Shown here: piece by piece, positions 29,424-42,314 of the stretch
How the letters are laid out: each line of letters begins with the position of its first letter
How positions within the stretch are numbered: position 1 is the stretch's first letter
Assembly: GCA_951406725.2 (NCBI GenBank)
Contig: OX597836.1
Location: 14,260,001 to 14,324,000 of the forward strand
Direction: 5' to 3'
From: Octopus vulgaris
Taxonomy: Eukaryota
Length of the DNA stretch: 64,000 nt
Notes under the pieces: generated by a model
What the model saw: only the letters and a program-made list of their open reading frames with translations
Databases searched by the model: none
What the model was told of the DNA's origin: nothing
Position numbers and translations under genes: made by a program

Positions 29424-30121
29424 CTATCAGCACCACCAACACCACAATCGCCATCATGAACATCATCATCATCATCATCATCATCGTCGTCGTTATTATC
29501 GTCGTCGTTGTCATCGTCATTGTCATCATCATCATCATCACCGTCCCTACCTCTTCTAACACCCATCCCACCCCACCATCATCATTGTCATCAGCGTCGT
29601 CGTCGTCGTCATCATCATCATCATCATCATCATTATTATCATCATCATCATCATTATCATCATCATCATCATCATCATCATCTTCATCATCATCATCATC
29701 ATCATCATCCTCCTCCTCCTCCTCATCATCATCATCATCATCACCACCACCGCCGTTATAACTCTCCTTATGAGATGAGTCATGATGATTCTAGAAACGA
29801 CTACCTTTGTATTATCACGATCGTAAAACAGAAAACCAAACCAAAAAAAAAACCCGAAAAAGATGTCAACGTGGTGACCCTCATGCCTCTCCCATAGGTC
29901 ATTAGCATATGTTAGTAAAACAATATATGTTAATGATGGTGGGGTGAGGGGACGTGATGTGTCAGGTGTGCGAATGTGTAAATGAGAAAAAGTGTGCGTG
30001 TGTGGGTGTATGTGTGAGTGTGTGTGCTTGTGCGAGTGAGTGCGTGTGTGTGTGTATGTGTGCGATTGCGTGTGTGTGTGTTAGTGTGTGTATGTGCGAG
30101 TGTGTATGTGTGAGTGTGCGA

Positions 30122-30163
<42 letters not shown>

Positions 30164-31069
30164 CTAATGAAGAGAGGGAAAGGAAGAAGTGATGGAAGTC
30201 AAATAGGAAGTGGGAGGGATACGTAAACTACGAAAGAAAGGGTAACTGTGGGAGGAGAAATAAGATATGACAAAAAGGGGAAAGAAATCGAAGAAGAAGA
30301 GTGAGGAAGAAGGAAGGAAATTAAAGGAAGAATGAGTGCCAGAGGGGGAGAATGTGAGTAGGAGGAAGAGTAGCGGGAGGAGGCGGAAACTAGAGGAAGG
30401 AAGGAAGGAAGGAAGGAAGGAAGGAAGGAAGGAAGGAAGGAAGGAAGGAAGGAAGGAAGGAAGGAAGGAAGGAAGGAAGGAAGGAAGGAAGGAAGGAAGG
30501 AAGGAAGGAAGGAAGGTACGAAGGAATATCTGATGACAACTGAGGAAGAAACGAGAAGTACGGAGTAGGAAGAAGAAAAACAAGGAGGAAGAGGGGGAGG
30601 AGAAAGAGGAAAGAAGAAAGGAAGGAGCAGAACAAGAAGAGGTAGAGAATGAAGAGAACGAGAAGAAAAAGATAAAGAAGAAGGAGAAGAAAAAGAACAG
30701 AAAGAAGATAAAGAAGGAAAAAAAACGAAAAGAAGAAAATGAAGAAAAGGATGATGATGATGATGGTGCTGCTGCTACTGCAGATGATGATGAAGTAGAA
30801 GAAGATGACGATGAAGAAAAAGACGAAGCAGTTGATGATGATGACGACGACGATGATGATAATGATGAAGAAGAAGAAGAAAAAGGAGAGGAAGGAAGAA
30901 GAAGAAAAAGAAGAAGGAGAAGAAGAAGAAGAAATGAAGAAAAAGAAGAGGAAGAAGAAGAGAAAGAAGAAAGAAAAGGAAGAAGATGATAATGATGATG
31001 ATGATGAGGAGGAGGAGGAGGAGAAGGAAGGAGAAGAAGGAAAAGAAGAAGAAGGAGCAGAAGAAGAAA

Positions 31070-31127
<58 letters not shown>

Positions 31128-32106
31128 CGACGACGACGGCGGCGGTTTTCCTAACGTAAACCAATAACTTGCAGAGCAGAATTCTTAATACTTGATAACT
31201 CTCTCTCTTTCTCTTTCTGTCTCCCCATCTTTCTTTCTCTCTCTCTCTCTCTCTCACTTTCTCTTCTCTCTCTCTCTCTCTCTTATTCTTTCTAACCTTC
31301 TCTCTCTCTCCTCAATGCCAATCTTTCCGCCCACGCCCTCGCCCCCCGCTACAAACAAAATCGACCGTTCTTAATGGACAGCATATTAAATATGATACTT
31401 ATCAAATAGCTCCGGCTTCACCCCCAAAGTATGGGTTACGGCTATTTGATAATATGTCTTTAGTGAACTCCCTCGACTCTCCATTCTCACTCTGCCATCA
31501 CTTTATAATCAACACACCGTCACTCCAGCTCCACTCCACCTCCGCCTCCACTCCAGCTCAACTCCACTGCCACTCCACTATCACTTCGTTATCATACCAT
31601 TATCACTCCGACACTATTCCACTCTCACTTCAGCATTCATTGTACCATGAGTCCACAGTCACTCATGTTATTATTACTAACGCTCAGCACTGCCCTACAT
31701 TGTCACTCAACCAACACTCCGACATCACTCCATCAGCACTCACCCATTACTCATCTATCATTCCACTGTCACTCCTCTGTAGCTCCACCAACACTTCGCC
31801 ATCACTCCTCTGTCACTCATTTGTTGTTCCATCACTCCGCCATCACTCCACCATCACTCCACCGTCGCCACCATCATTCCGCTGTCACTCAGCTATCACT
31901 CCATCATCATTCCACTGCCACCTTTACTGTCATTTCATCAACACACCGTCATTCTGTCACTCCTCTATCACTCCACCAACACTTCACCATCACTCTTCTG
32001 TTGTAGCACCATCACTCCACCATCACTCCTCTATCGTTCCGTAATAATTTTTCCACCAGTCCACAAACACTATATCAACACCCGTTACTTCCCCACCACC
32101 ACCACC

Positions 32107-32578
32107 ATAAATAAATTAAGTACCAGTTACGCACTGGGGTCGATGTAATCGACTTAATCCCTTTGTCTGTCCCCTCTGTGTTTAGCCCCTTGTGGGTAGT
32201 AAAGAAATAGATATTTCGGCTGCCGTTACGTTCTGAGTTCAAATTCCGCCGAGGTCGACTTTGCCTTTCATCCTTTCGGGGTCGATAAATTAAATACCGG
32301 TTACGCACTGGGGTCGATGTAATCGAATTAATCCCTTTGTCTGTCTTTGTTTGTCCTCTCTGTGTTTAGCCCCTTGTGGGTAGTAAAGAAATAGGTATTT
32401 CGTCTGCCGTTACGTTCTGAGTTCAAATTCCGCCGAGGTCGACTTTGCCTTTCATCCATTCGGGGTCGATAAATTAAGTACCAGTTGCGCAGTGTGGTCG
32501 ATGTAATCGACTTTATTCCTTTGTCTGTCCTTGTTTGTCCCCTCTATGTTTAGCCCCTTGTGGGCAATAAAGAAATAA
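32107..32578 (+). mobile_element. Tandem array (~2.5 units) of SINE family 1
   Basis: The same AAAGAAATAG|RTATTTCG junction occurs at ~32210 and ~32394. Confidence 0.85.
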
Positions 32579-32974
32579 GATTGTAAGTCAAAGCTAGCCT
32601 CAGCGGCATTAGAAATCAGACCGTAAAGAACTGCATTTCGTCCGATCCTTCCAATTCAGCTAGTTCGCTGCTTTCATCCACACTCTAATAGCAAAATCCA
32701 CAGATATAAGCTTATAAATAATATTTTTAAAAATTGAACCCAACTTATCCGAAAACCTATAGATTATTTTAATTGGAAAAAAATTAAAAAAACTCCCCTT
32801 GTCTCATCAGTTTTTCTTCTCAACACAAACAATATAACCCTCCAAACAGACATAGAATTCGTATCAGGCATTCTAACTAATTCTTCGAAACTAACCCTCA
32901 TATTAAACATTGGCAACGTTGATTTCTATAGACTAAAGTTATGGAGAAAAACGTTCGACTGCGGAAATGTTCGG

Positions 32975-33110
32975 TGGATTAAATTTTCCCGCCCAAACTT
33001 ATCAACGGCGTTTCTTTCGAAGTAAAGATGGCGGAGACCTGGAGCCAGGATATCCGTTCATTTTCAACACTCTTAACTCCCATTTACAACTGCCGGAAGT
33101 GAACGGCGTT
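32975..33110. promoter_or_regulatory. Candidate promoter-like island (E2F-, YY1- and ETS-like motifs)
   Basis: TTTTCCCGCC (~32983), AAGATGGCGG (33025-33034) and CCGGAAGT (33093-33100) in non-repetitive, CpG-containing sequence. Confidence 0.3.
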
Positions 33111-33300
33111 CTTACGTGATTAAATTAAACTGTTTTATTCTCATCCATCAATTGTCTGCGGCGCTTTTCGGATATGTCTGTATAACAATCGGCTTTCCAC
33201 ATCGCCTGTCTGTCTATTAATATGTATGTATTGGTGTGACTATACATACAGAGAATATTCATGTCCATATACATATAGTACCGTGTTTAACAAAAAAATC

Positions 33301-33351
<51 letters not shown>

Positions 33352-33765
33352 TTAGTGTTATTTCATCCGTCTTCATGTTTTGAGTTCAAATTCCGCTGAG
33401 GTCGACTTTACCTTCCATCCTTTCAGGGTCGATAAATTAAGGACCAGTGAAACACCGTTCTGATATAATCGACTAGTCCCCTCTCACAGAATTTCAGGCC
33501 TTGTGCCTTTAGTAGAAATGATTATTATTATTATTATTATTAAGGCAGCGAGCTGGCAGAATCATTAGCACGCCAGGCGAAATGCTTAGCGTTATTTCAT
33601 CCGTCTTCACATTCTGAGTTCAAATTCCACTGAGGTTGACCTTACCTTTCATCCTTTCGGGGGTTAATAAATTAAGTACCAGTGAAACGCTGGGGATCGA
33701 TGTAATCGACTCATCCCCCCCCCAAATCGCTGCCCCTGTGGAAACATTTGGAACCATTATTATTA

Positions 33766-33857
<92 letters not shown>

Positions 33858-33869
33858 GTAGTTTTATTT

Positions 33870-34045
33870 TTATAGCGTGCTTTCACTTCACTACCGAGCG
33901 CAGCTCTGTGTGCCTTGGGTATGTGCTGTGATTTGTTGTGATGCTCTGATGGTTATTGTATGGAAAGTGTTCTGCGTAGGATGTGTGCAGTGCCTAGTAG
34001 TGCAATTTTCTATATGTTATATGTGTTTGTAAGTCCTGGTGTTTT
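33870..34045 (-). mobile_element. R4/Dong LINE 3' end fragment in (TAA)n
   Basis: KIALLGTAHILRRTLSIQ* followed by a 3' UTR running into an (AAT)n tract. Confidence 0.75.
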
Positions 34046-34047
34046 TG

Positions 34048-34138
<91 letters not shown>

Positions 34139-34141
34139 AAA

Positions 34142-34215
<74 letters not shown>

Positions 34216-34217
<2 letters not shown>

Positions 34218-34975
34218 CACACAACAGATTAGACTTTTGGAAAAGAAAAATTCCTAACATCAAGCTACAACAAGTAGCCTTAGACGCCAAGGACCCTCCT
34301 AAGTATCTTAGCTGTCCCTAATAACACTGTTTTCTGGAGCCGTACTAAACTGGGTTTTATGCCTATTTCCTCTATCCATCTGTTCAGATCTTTAGGGACA
34401 GTTCCCAATGCACCTATAACTACTGGGATACATTGTACCCGCACTTTCCATAGTCCCTGTAATTCAATGGCTAGGCCTTGGTACCTTGCTATTTTTTCTA
34501 TACCTCTCATATTGATTTTTTTCATCATTTAGGACTGTAAAGTCAATTATCTGGCACTTTCCATTCTCTTTATCTACTACTACTAAATCAGCTTCTATTA
34601 CTGTCAGTCTAAATGTTTAACCCTTTAGCATTTAAACCGGCCATATCCGGCCAAAAGTATTCTGCCTGTTTTATGTTCAAACTGGTCAGATCTGGTCTCT
34701 CAGACCAACCCTACAATATCGTTTTAAAAATTAACAGCTACCTCATCAAAATCTCATAGCTACAAGATAAGGCATGATTAGTTCAAAACAATGTGGATGA
34801 AAAGGCATTAATTTTGTCAGAATAATGCAAACACTAAAGGGTTAAGTCCCACAACATCTTATATTTCTTACTTTCTTGTGCTTTACTAAGTTAATGTTCA
34901 CACCATTTATCAGTATGGTCAAATCCTAGCTTTCTACTGTAGCTTTCAGTGCTACTCTTGGCATCAGAGTAACAC
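34216..34975 (-). mobile_element. R4/Dong LINE 3' fragment (restriction-like endonuclease domain)
   Basis: MLWD.NI.TD..LVVVDKENGKCQIIDF..EKIARYQGLAIEL..IPVVIGALG..LQKTVLLGTAKILRRVLGV; interrupted by a piggyBac MITE; tail in (AAT)n. Confidence 0.85.
34621..34841. mobile_element. piggyBac-type MITE
   Basis: TTAA-CCCTTTAG...CTAAAGGG-TTAA; 221 bp; splits the LINE reading frame. Confidence 0.85.
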
Positions 34976-35077
34976 TGAGAATTCCCTTGATGATACTTTT
35001 GGTAATGTTGTTGTTCAAGGGGCATTAGTGGCGTTGGGGGTTATTGTTGCGTGGCTGGCAGTAGTAATATCATTGAT

Positions 35078-35469
35078 ACTCTTTTACTTGTTTCAGTCAT
35101 TTGACTGCGGCCATGCTGGAGCACCACCTTTAGTCGAGCAACTCGACCCCGGGACTTATTCTTTGTAAGCCCAGTACTTATTCTATCGGTCTCTTTTGCC
35201 GAACCGCTAAGTGACGGTGACGCAAACACACCAGCATCGGTTGTCAAGCAATGCTAAGGGGACAAACACAGACACACAAACACACACACATATATATATA
35301 TACATATATACGACAGGCTTCTTTCAGTTTCCGTCTACCAAATCCACTCACAAGGCATTGGTCGGTCCGGGGCTATAGCAGAAGACACTTGCCCAAGATG
35401 CCACGCAGTGGGACTGAACCCGGAACCATGTGGTTGGTTAGCAAGCTACTTACCACACAGCCACTCCTG
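35078..35469 (-). mobile_element. tRNA-derived CORE-like SINE family 2, full copy
   Basis: Head AGGAGTGGCTGTGTGGTAAG..GGTTCAGTCCC, CORE-like TTGGGCAAGTGTCTT, internal (TA/TG)n, tail CCAGCATGGCCGCAGTCAAATGACTGAAACAAGTAAAAGAG. Fragments at ~8815(-), 14865, 16030, 16335(-) and 61295. Confidence 0.85.
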
Positions 35470-35871
35470 TTAGTGTTAACATTGCTGCTGTTGTTCTCGC
35501 TGGTGGTGGTCGTGGTGGTATGGATGATGCGTGTGATTGTGCTGGTATTGTCGTTGTTGTTGTTACTGTTATAACTGTGGTGGTGGTGTTAGTGATAGTT
35601 GTGATGGAGCTTGTGATGCTGGTGGTAGGGGTGGTAGCGGGGATGATGTTTTTGCTTACGTCGATGCATTATTGTTGTTATTGCTGTTGTTGCTGGGTGC
35701 TCCGTCCTTAAATCGACACAATAAGCATTAATGGCTCTGGGCAGCTTGAATGAGTATATGTGTCTTTGTGTGTGTGTGTGTGTGTGTGTGTGCACGCGCG
35801 TGTGTATGTATGTATAAATGTGTGTGTGTATATATATATATATATATACAGATGTGTGTGTGTTTGTATAA

Positions 35872-35905
<34 letters not shown>

Positions 35906-36084
35906 ATGTGTATCAAACTGTTTTAAATAACATGTGTGTATACACACAGACAGACACACACACACATAAACATATATATGTGTGGTGTGCTTGTGCATAC
36001 ATTCATATACATACATACATATATACATACACACACACGTATATATCTGTTTATGCGTGTCTATGTGCATGTTTGTGCATACAT

Positions 36085-36133
<49 letters not shown>

Positions 36134-36138
36134 CATAC

Positions 36139-36214
<76 letters not shown>

Positions 36215-37190
36215 TCAGACACATGTAATATCGGTGTATATATAAATTTGTGTTTGCGTGCGTGTATACTTGTGCTTCTGTGTGTGTGTGCGAGTGTATG
36301 TGCTTGAGTGTGTGTGCTTGTGTGTGGTGTGTGTGGTATGCGCGTGTGTGAGTATTGTATATACATTGTATAGAGTATACACAAGGGATACAGACAGGAT
36401 GAGAATATGCCACGGGTGTTGATTACTGAACTAATAAACCCCACTTGTTAAATGGAGACTAGATAAATATATAAATATATAGAAACAACTGTAGGGACAG
36501 CTTTTGGGGGGCGGTCTGGTCTGGTTGGCTGGTTGGGTGGCTGGCTGGCTGGGAGAGTTTCGTGGACGATCTGTGGTGAGAGTACTAGGGATCGGTGGCG
36601 ACGGCGTTGGTGATGAAGATGATGGTAATGGTGGTGGTGGTGGTGGTGGTGGTGGTGGTGTGGCGTTTGTGGTGGCGGTGCTGATGTTACTCGGATGACT
36701 GCGGTGGTGGTGGCGGTGATGATTTTGGCGGTGACGATGTTGGTGGTGGTGGTGGTGGTGGTGGTAGTGGTGGTGGTAGTGGTGATGATTGTGATGATGG
36801 CGGTGGTGATGGTTATGATAGTGGTGGTGGTGACAGTAGTGGTGGAGGTGGCGGTAATGGTGTGTGCGGCGGTGGTGGTGTTGGCAGTGACAGTGGTGAT
36901 GTTGGCAGTAGTGGTGATGTTGGCGGTGGTGGTGATGTTGGCGGTGGTAGTGATGTAGGCGGTAGTGGTGATGGTGGTGGTGGTGGTGTTGGCAGTGGTA
37001 GTGGTGATGGATGGCGGTGGTGGTGATTGATGAAGGATGGTGGTGGTGACAGTAGCGGTGGAGGTGGCGGTTGTTGTGATGTTGGATGTGATGGCGATAT
37101 TGGCGGTGGCGGCAGCAATGATGGTGGCTGTGCTGGGAGGGATGGAGGATGGGAGTGGGAGTCGCCGTTGTGCTTTAAGTAATGGTGGTG

Positions 37191-37231
<41 letters not shown>

Positions 37232-37579
37232 AGAAGTCGACTTTGCCTCTCATCCTTTCCGGGTCGATGGAATAGGTACCAGTTGAGCACTGGGGTCGAT
37301 GTGATCGACTAGTTTCCTACCCCCATAGTATATGTATGTGTGCATATATGTATGTATGTATGTATGTTCTCGCAAAAACCAAGTGTCCCAATTATTATTG
37401 GTATAAATGCGAATTTATAATTTGGATATAGAAATGGAGGATTTTGAAACAGTTGTTTGTATTTGTCCTCTTTCTCATTGATTTTCTAAGAGATATTCAC
37501 GTATGTGTATGTATGTATGTATGTATGTATGTATGTATGTATGTATGTATGTATTTATGTATGTATGTATGTATGTATG

Positions 37580-37873
37580 TATAAAAAAATATATAAAATG
37601 GGACAAGAACGCAAAACATTCAAATAGACGATACGAAAACGGACGGATCATTCGAAGCCTCTAATCTTCAGTCAAGAACCGGATCATCCTCGCAATTTCG
37701 GCTAATTAATCTTGAGATTGCTCCGATCTGGCCAGCCCCAAGGAAAAACTAAGCTACGAGCATTAGATTTCTTGGAAAAAGTATCGAATGTATACGAAAC
37801 AAGGACAGAAAAACGGACGATGTTACACGAAAATAAATGCAAGAAGTAAAAAGTAATACGAATATAAATACAA

Positions 37874-37875
<2 letters not shown>
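37580..37875 (-). mobile_element. Non-autonomous ribozyme-bearing repeat, family B
   Basis: T-rich element between (AAT)n and (TATG)n with upstream hairpin CCAAG...CTTGG. A second copy lies at about 49900-50039. Confidence 0.6.
37655..37733 (-). ncRNA. Candidate non-circularly permuted hammerhead ribozyme (family B)
   Basis: Minus strand GGCCAGAUC-gga-GCAAU-C-UCAAGA-uuaauu-AGCC-GAA-AUUGC-gaggau-GAUCCGGU-UCUUGA-CUGA(AGAUUA)GA-GGCU. Stems III, I and II pair perfectly; AUC triplet; about 5 extra nt in the CUGANGA strand. Confidence 0.65.
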
Positions 37876-37946
<71 letters not shown>

Positions 37947-37949
<3 letters not shown>

Positions 37950-38285
37950 GGGGAGCATCATAGCCATGTGTTGAGAGGGATTCTTTGGGGTTTGAATAAT
38001 TCACCTCTGGAAACATGGGTGGTTCTTTCAACATCCTTAAACAACCCTTATTCAGGGACCTTTGAGCGGGATGGGCTACTCAACCTGAAGAAAATTCTAA
38101 CTGGGCCCCACCTGCAAGGTCATGCGCTGTTTATCTTGATATGCGATCACCATGTCGCGCACATATGGTTGTGATGCATGTGCCTGGTGTACCCTTATCA
38201 GACGGGTAGTCATGATGGGTATATTGGGCTTCGTATATTTTACCCCAGTGTCGCTTTGATGGCATGAACTGCTCTCTCACTCAAT
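37947..38285 (+). mobile_element. 5'-truncated copy of the (AAT)n-associated retroposon
   Basis: Flanked by (AAT)n on both sides; homologous to 6170-6510. Confidence 0.7.
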
Positions 38286-38608
38286 AAATAATAATAATAA
38301 TAACAGGACAAAGACAACAGGTGTCTTTCGACTATGCATGCACATATGATTTTTCTTTCAGTTCTTCTTGAGAAAGTTCAAGCCAGTCGCTAACAAAGCG
38401 ACAAAATTTTTTGAGTTAAGAGAGTTCTTGTCGTTGAGTTGATCTGTTGGTTGAACTGTCGACGTATGTATGTATGTGTGTGTGTATGTATGTATGTATG
38501 TGTGTGTGTGTATGTGTGTATGTATGTGTGTATGTATGTATGTATGTATGTATGTATGTATGTATGTATGTATGTATGTGTGTGTGTATGTATGTATGTA
38601 TGTATGTA

Positions 38609-38643
<35 letters not shown>

Positions 38644-40028
38644 ATGTGTGTGTGTATGTATGTATGTATGTATGTATGTATGTATGTATGTATGTATGTA
38701 TGTATGTATGTATGTATGTATTTATATATGTATGTATGTATGTATGTATGTACGTATGCATGTATGTATTTATGTATGTATGCATGTATACATGCATGCA
38801 TGTATGTATGTATGTATGAATGTATGTACGTATGTATGTATGTATGTGTGTATGTATGCATGCTCAATTAGGGTTAAATCGGGGCTAGAAAACGACTACT
38901 CCATCAACACCGACTCAACTAATCTTGAAGCTTCTTAGACACCCAACTACGTGACCAACCAATCAACCAATCATCTAACGGGCAGCCCAACCTTTCTTCC
39001 TGCTACCAATAGACGCTTTTTGCCACTATGGCACTCGATCTTCGCCCTCACTCACCGAAAAAAACACGTACCAAACATATTTGTATGAATGTATTTAAAA
39101 AATTAAAACAAAACGAAATAAAAAAATAACAATAAAAACAGAAGCTGTTTTAGAATTCGTTCTCGTTATTCGTCTTCCCATTGTTGTATATCTTTACATC
39201 TCAGCCTCAACTGTTCATTTCGTCGTTGCTGTCGTCATCATCGTCATCGTCATTATCATCATCATCGTCGCCATCGTCGCCGTCATCGTCGCCATCATCA
39301 TCGTCTTCACACCTGCATCGTTGTCATTATCACCAGCACCATCAGCACCCTCCTCCCCCTTTTCCTCACCTCCCCATAATCCCCTCCCCCGTTACTCACC
39401 CCGCCCCGCCCCGCCCCCCCCCACCCTCCGTACCCTCACCCCCTTCTTTTTCTTCTTTTTCTTCATCTTCTTCTTCTTTCTCCTCCTCCTTATCCTCCCT
39501 CCTCCCTTCCTCCCCTTCTTCTTTTTCTTCTTCTTCTTCTTCATCTTCTTTCTCCTCCTTCCCCCTCCCCTCCTCCCCATCTTTTTCTTTTTCTTCTTCC
39601 TCATCTTCTTCTTCATCTTCTTCTTCTTTCTCCTCCTCCTTATCCTCCCCTATCCCTTCCTCCCCTTCTTCTTCTTCCTCCCCTTCTTCTTCTTCCTCCC
39701 CTTCTTCCTCTTCTTCTTCTTCCTCCCCTTTTCCTTCCTCCTCCTCCTCCTCCTCCTCCTTCGCCTCTGCCTCCTCGTTATGACAATTATTTTAGTTGCT
39801 GATGTTCTCTTCTTTCCATTCAATCAATTTTTTTCTTAATTCTTACAAATTCCCTCTGATCACACCAAACGGAAGTAATCTTTTATATTACAACAGAATG
39901 ACCAACAGTATTCTTTTCCATCACAACCACCACCACCACCACCACCACCACAAACAACAACAACAACAACAACAATAACAATATTATCAAATGTAATAGC
40001 TCCAATAATGATAATGGTGATCATGATT

Positions 40029-40063
<35 letters not shown>

Positions 40064-40133
40064 AAGAATGATGATAATAGTAATAATAATAATCACCGCA
40101 ACAGTAACAATGTTTTCAATAATAATAATAATG

Positions 40134-40183
<50 letters not shown>

Positions 40184-40557
40184 GATAATAATAATAATAA
40201 TAATGATGATGATGATGATGATGATGGTGATTATGGTGATGATGATAAGGACGATGCAAACATAAACAACAACGACATCAGCAACGATTATTAAAACAAC
40301 AATTTATAATAAAGAAAGATCGCAATGCAATCACATCCGAACACATCCATCAGAACTCACAGAAGAACGCATCGTAGAAAAATACCCGGATGACACACAG
40401 AAGAGCAAAACAAACAGTTATTTAAGCGGCGAGCTTAATGCTAAAACAGGTACTTCCGGTTTGCTGGTTGGCTGGGCGGTTGGTTAGGCGGTCGGGCGGA
40501 CGGACGGGCGTTTGGATGGCTGCTGTGGAGAGAGCGTCCGTTGCTACCATTGCGGAG

Positions 40558-40607
<50 letters not shown>

Positions 40608-40895
40608 GCATTCACTTACTCACATACACCATCACCATCATATATATCATGCAAGTATGTGTGTGTGAATTAAAACCATAAAGATATACTCAATACCGAT
40701 ATGTGTGTTCGTATATATATATACATACATACATACACACACACATACACACACATATATATGTATAGATACGTATATATATATATATATATGAATGTAT
40801 GCCAATGTACACATATATATAAACACACTCATACATATGAACTCACACACGAACACACACATACAAACACATTTAAATAATATACAAAATATGTA

Positions 40896-40926
<31 letters not shown>

Positions 40927-40961
40927 AATCATATTTATAATACACATATAGATACCACGTG

Positions 40962-41028
<67 letters not shown>

Positions 41029-41053
41029 TCACACATAGACACACATGTATATA

Positions 41054-42314
41054 TTAGGGGCAACTCAGTTCCCGCGGTTTTTTTAATTTAAATTTTTTAA
41101 AAAGTTTAATAAAAAATAACAACTAATTAATCAATAATGTAATCATCCTTGTTGTTTACAACTTTTTCCCAACGTTCAACAACATTTTCAATACCCCGTT
41201 GGTAGAAATCAACCGATTTCGACTCGAAAAATTGATCCAACCAAGCTCTGAATTCTGCATCGGTATTGAACGAAACTCCACGCATAGCATTTGAATGAGA
41301 TCGAAAGAGGTGGAAATCCGTTGGTACGGCGGGTGTGGCAGCACTTCCCAGCCATGCGTTTGAATGGCTTCCTTGGTCATATTGGCGATATGAGGGCGGG
41401 CGTTGTCGTGCAGCAGAAGAACTCCATGCTGACGATTAAGTCTTTTCTCTTGAATAGCCGTATTGAGTCGCTCCATCTGTTGAACATAGAGTTGCGCGTT
41501 GACCGCTTTGTTCCGTTCAAGCATTTCGTAATGGATAATCCTTCCCAGTCCCACCATACGCACAACATCGTTTTACGCGGATGAAGATCTTGTTTCACGC
41601 GCGATGTCACTTGTTTACCGGGGCTAAGCCATTCCTTACGCTGCTTCATATTGATGTACATACACCATTTTTGGTCGCCAGTAAAGAAATCGTTGCTTGT
41701 GTCATTGAGTTGAGCGGTGACGAGCAAGCAAACCAGCGGAGATTGTGGCTCGTTGATTTTTTTGTTGTTGTCACTTAAAGCATGCGGAACCCATGCTCCA
41801 TACTTCTGAACCCCTCCCATCGAGTGAAGATGCTTCGCTATAGCAGTGTGGGAGCATTCCATTTTCTCTGCCAGTTCCCTTGTCGTTTGACGAGAATTTT
41901 CGTGCAAAAGTTGGTTTAATCGCTCTTTATCGAACTCGACTAGACGGCCAGAAGGAGGTGCGTCTTTGAGGTAAAAATTTCCATTTTTGAACTTGGTATA
42001 CAAATCACGAACGATTCTTTCAGCTATGGCACCCTCTCCATACACAGTACAAATGTCGCCAGCACCTTTGCGGCATTAGAACCTTGATTTAAAGCAAAAA
42101 GAAGGAGGTGTCGAAAATGCTCGTTTTTCTTAACTTGGCATTCCATAAATAAACAAAAATTTACTAAAATCAACTAGAAAAGGAAAAAAACAAAACAAAA
42201 TAGATTCCAAAATGATTCAAAAATAGAATTCTCGAAGAATATAGATTCCAAAATTCAAAAACGCAATAAATTCCAAAATTTAGAAAAACGGTGGGAACTT
42301 AGTTGCCAACCCAA
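41054..42314 (-). mobile_element. Full-length mariner DNA transposon (mellifera-like), non-functional
   Basis: TIRs TTAGGGGCAACTCAGTTCCCGCGGTTTT / AAAACGGTGGGAACTTAGTTGCCAACCCAA, TA on both sides, about 1.26 kb. Confidence 0.92.
41127..42146 (-). pseudogene. Mariner DD34D-type transposase, frameshifted
   Basis: MECQVKKNEHFRHLLLF start; WVPHAL, TGDQKW, MLCVWWD, HDNARPH and HPPY motifs split over ORFs 41377-42045 and 41156-41563. Confidence 0.9.

Noticed and set aside
31454-32044. 196-aa His/Ser/Thr-rich ORF (and similarly 7924-8331)
   Set aside because: Degenerate CATCACTCCAC-type low-complexity repeat with no protein family features.
32107-32578. Regular repeats suggesting a CRISPR array
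   Set aside because: Units are ~185-bp whole SINE copies with no unique spacers and no cas genes, in a eukaryotic context.
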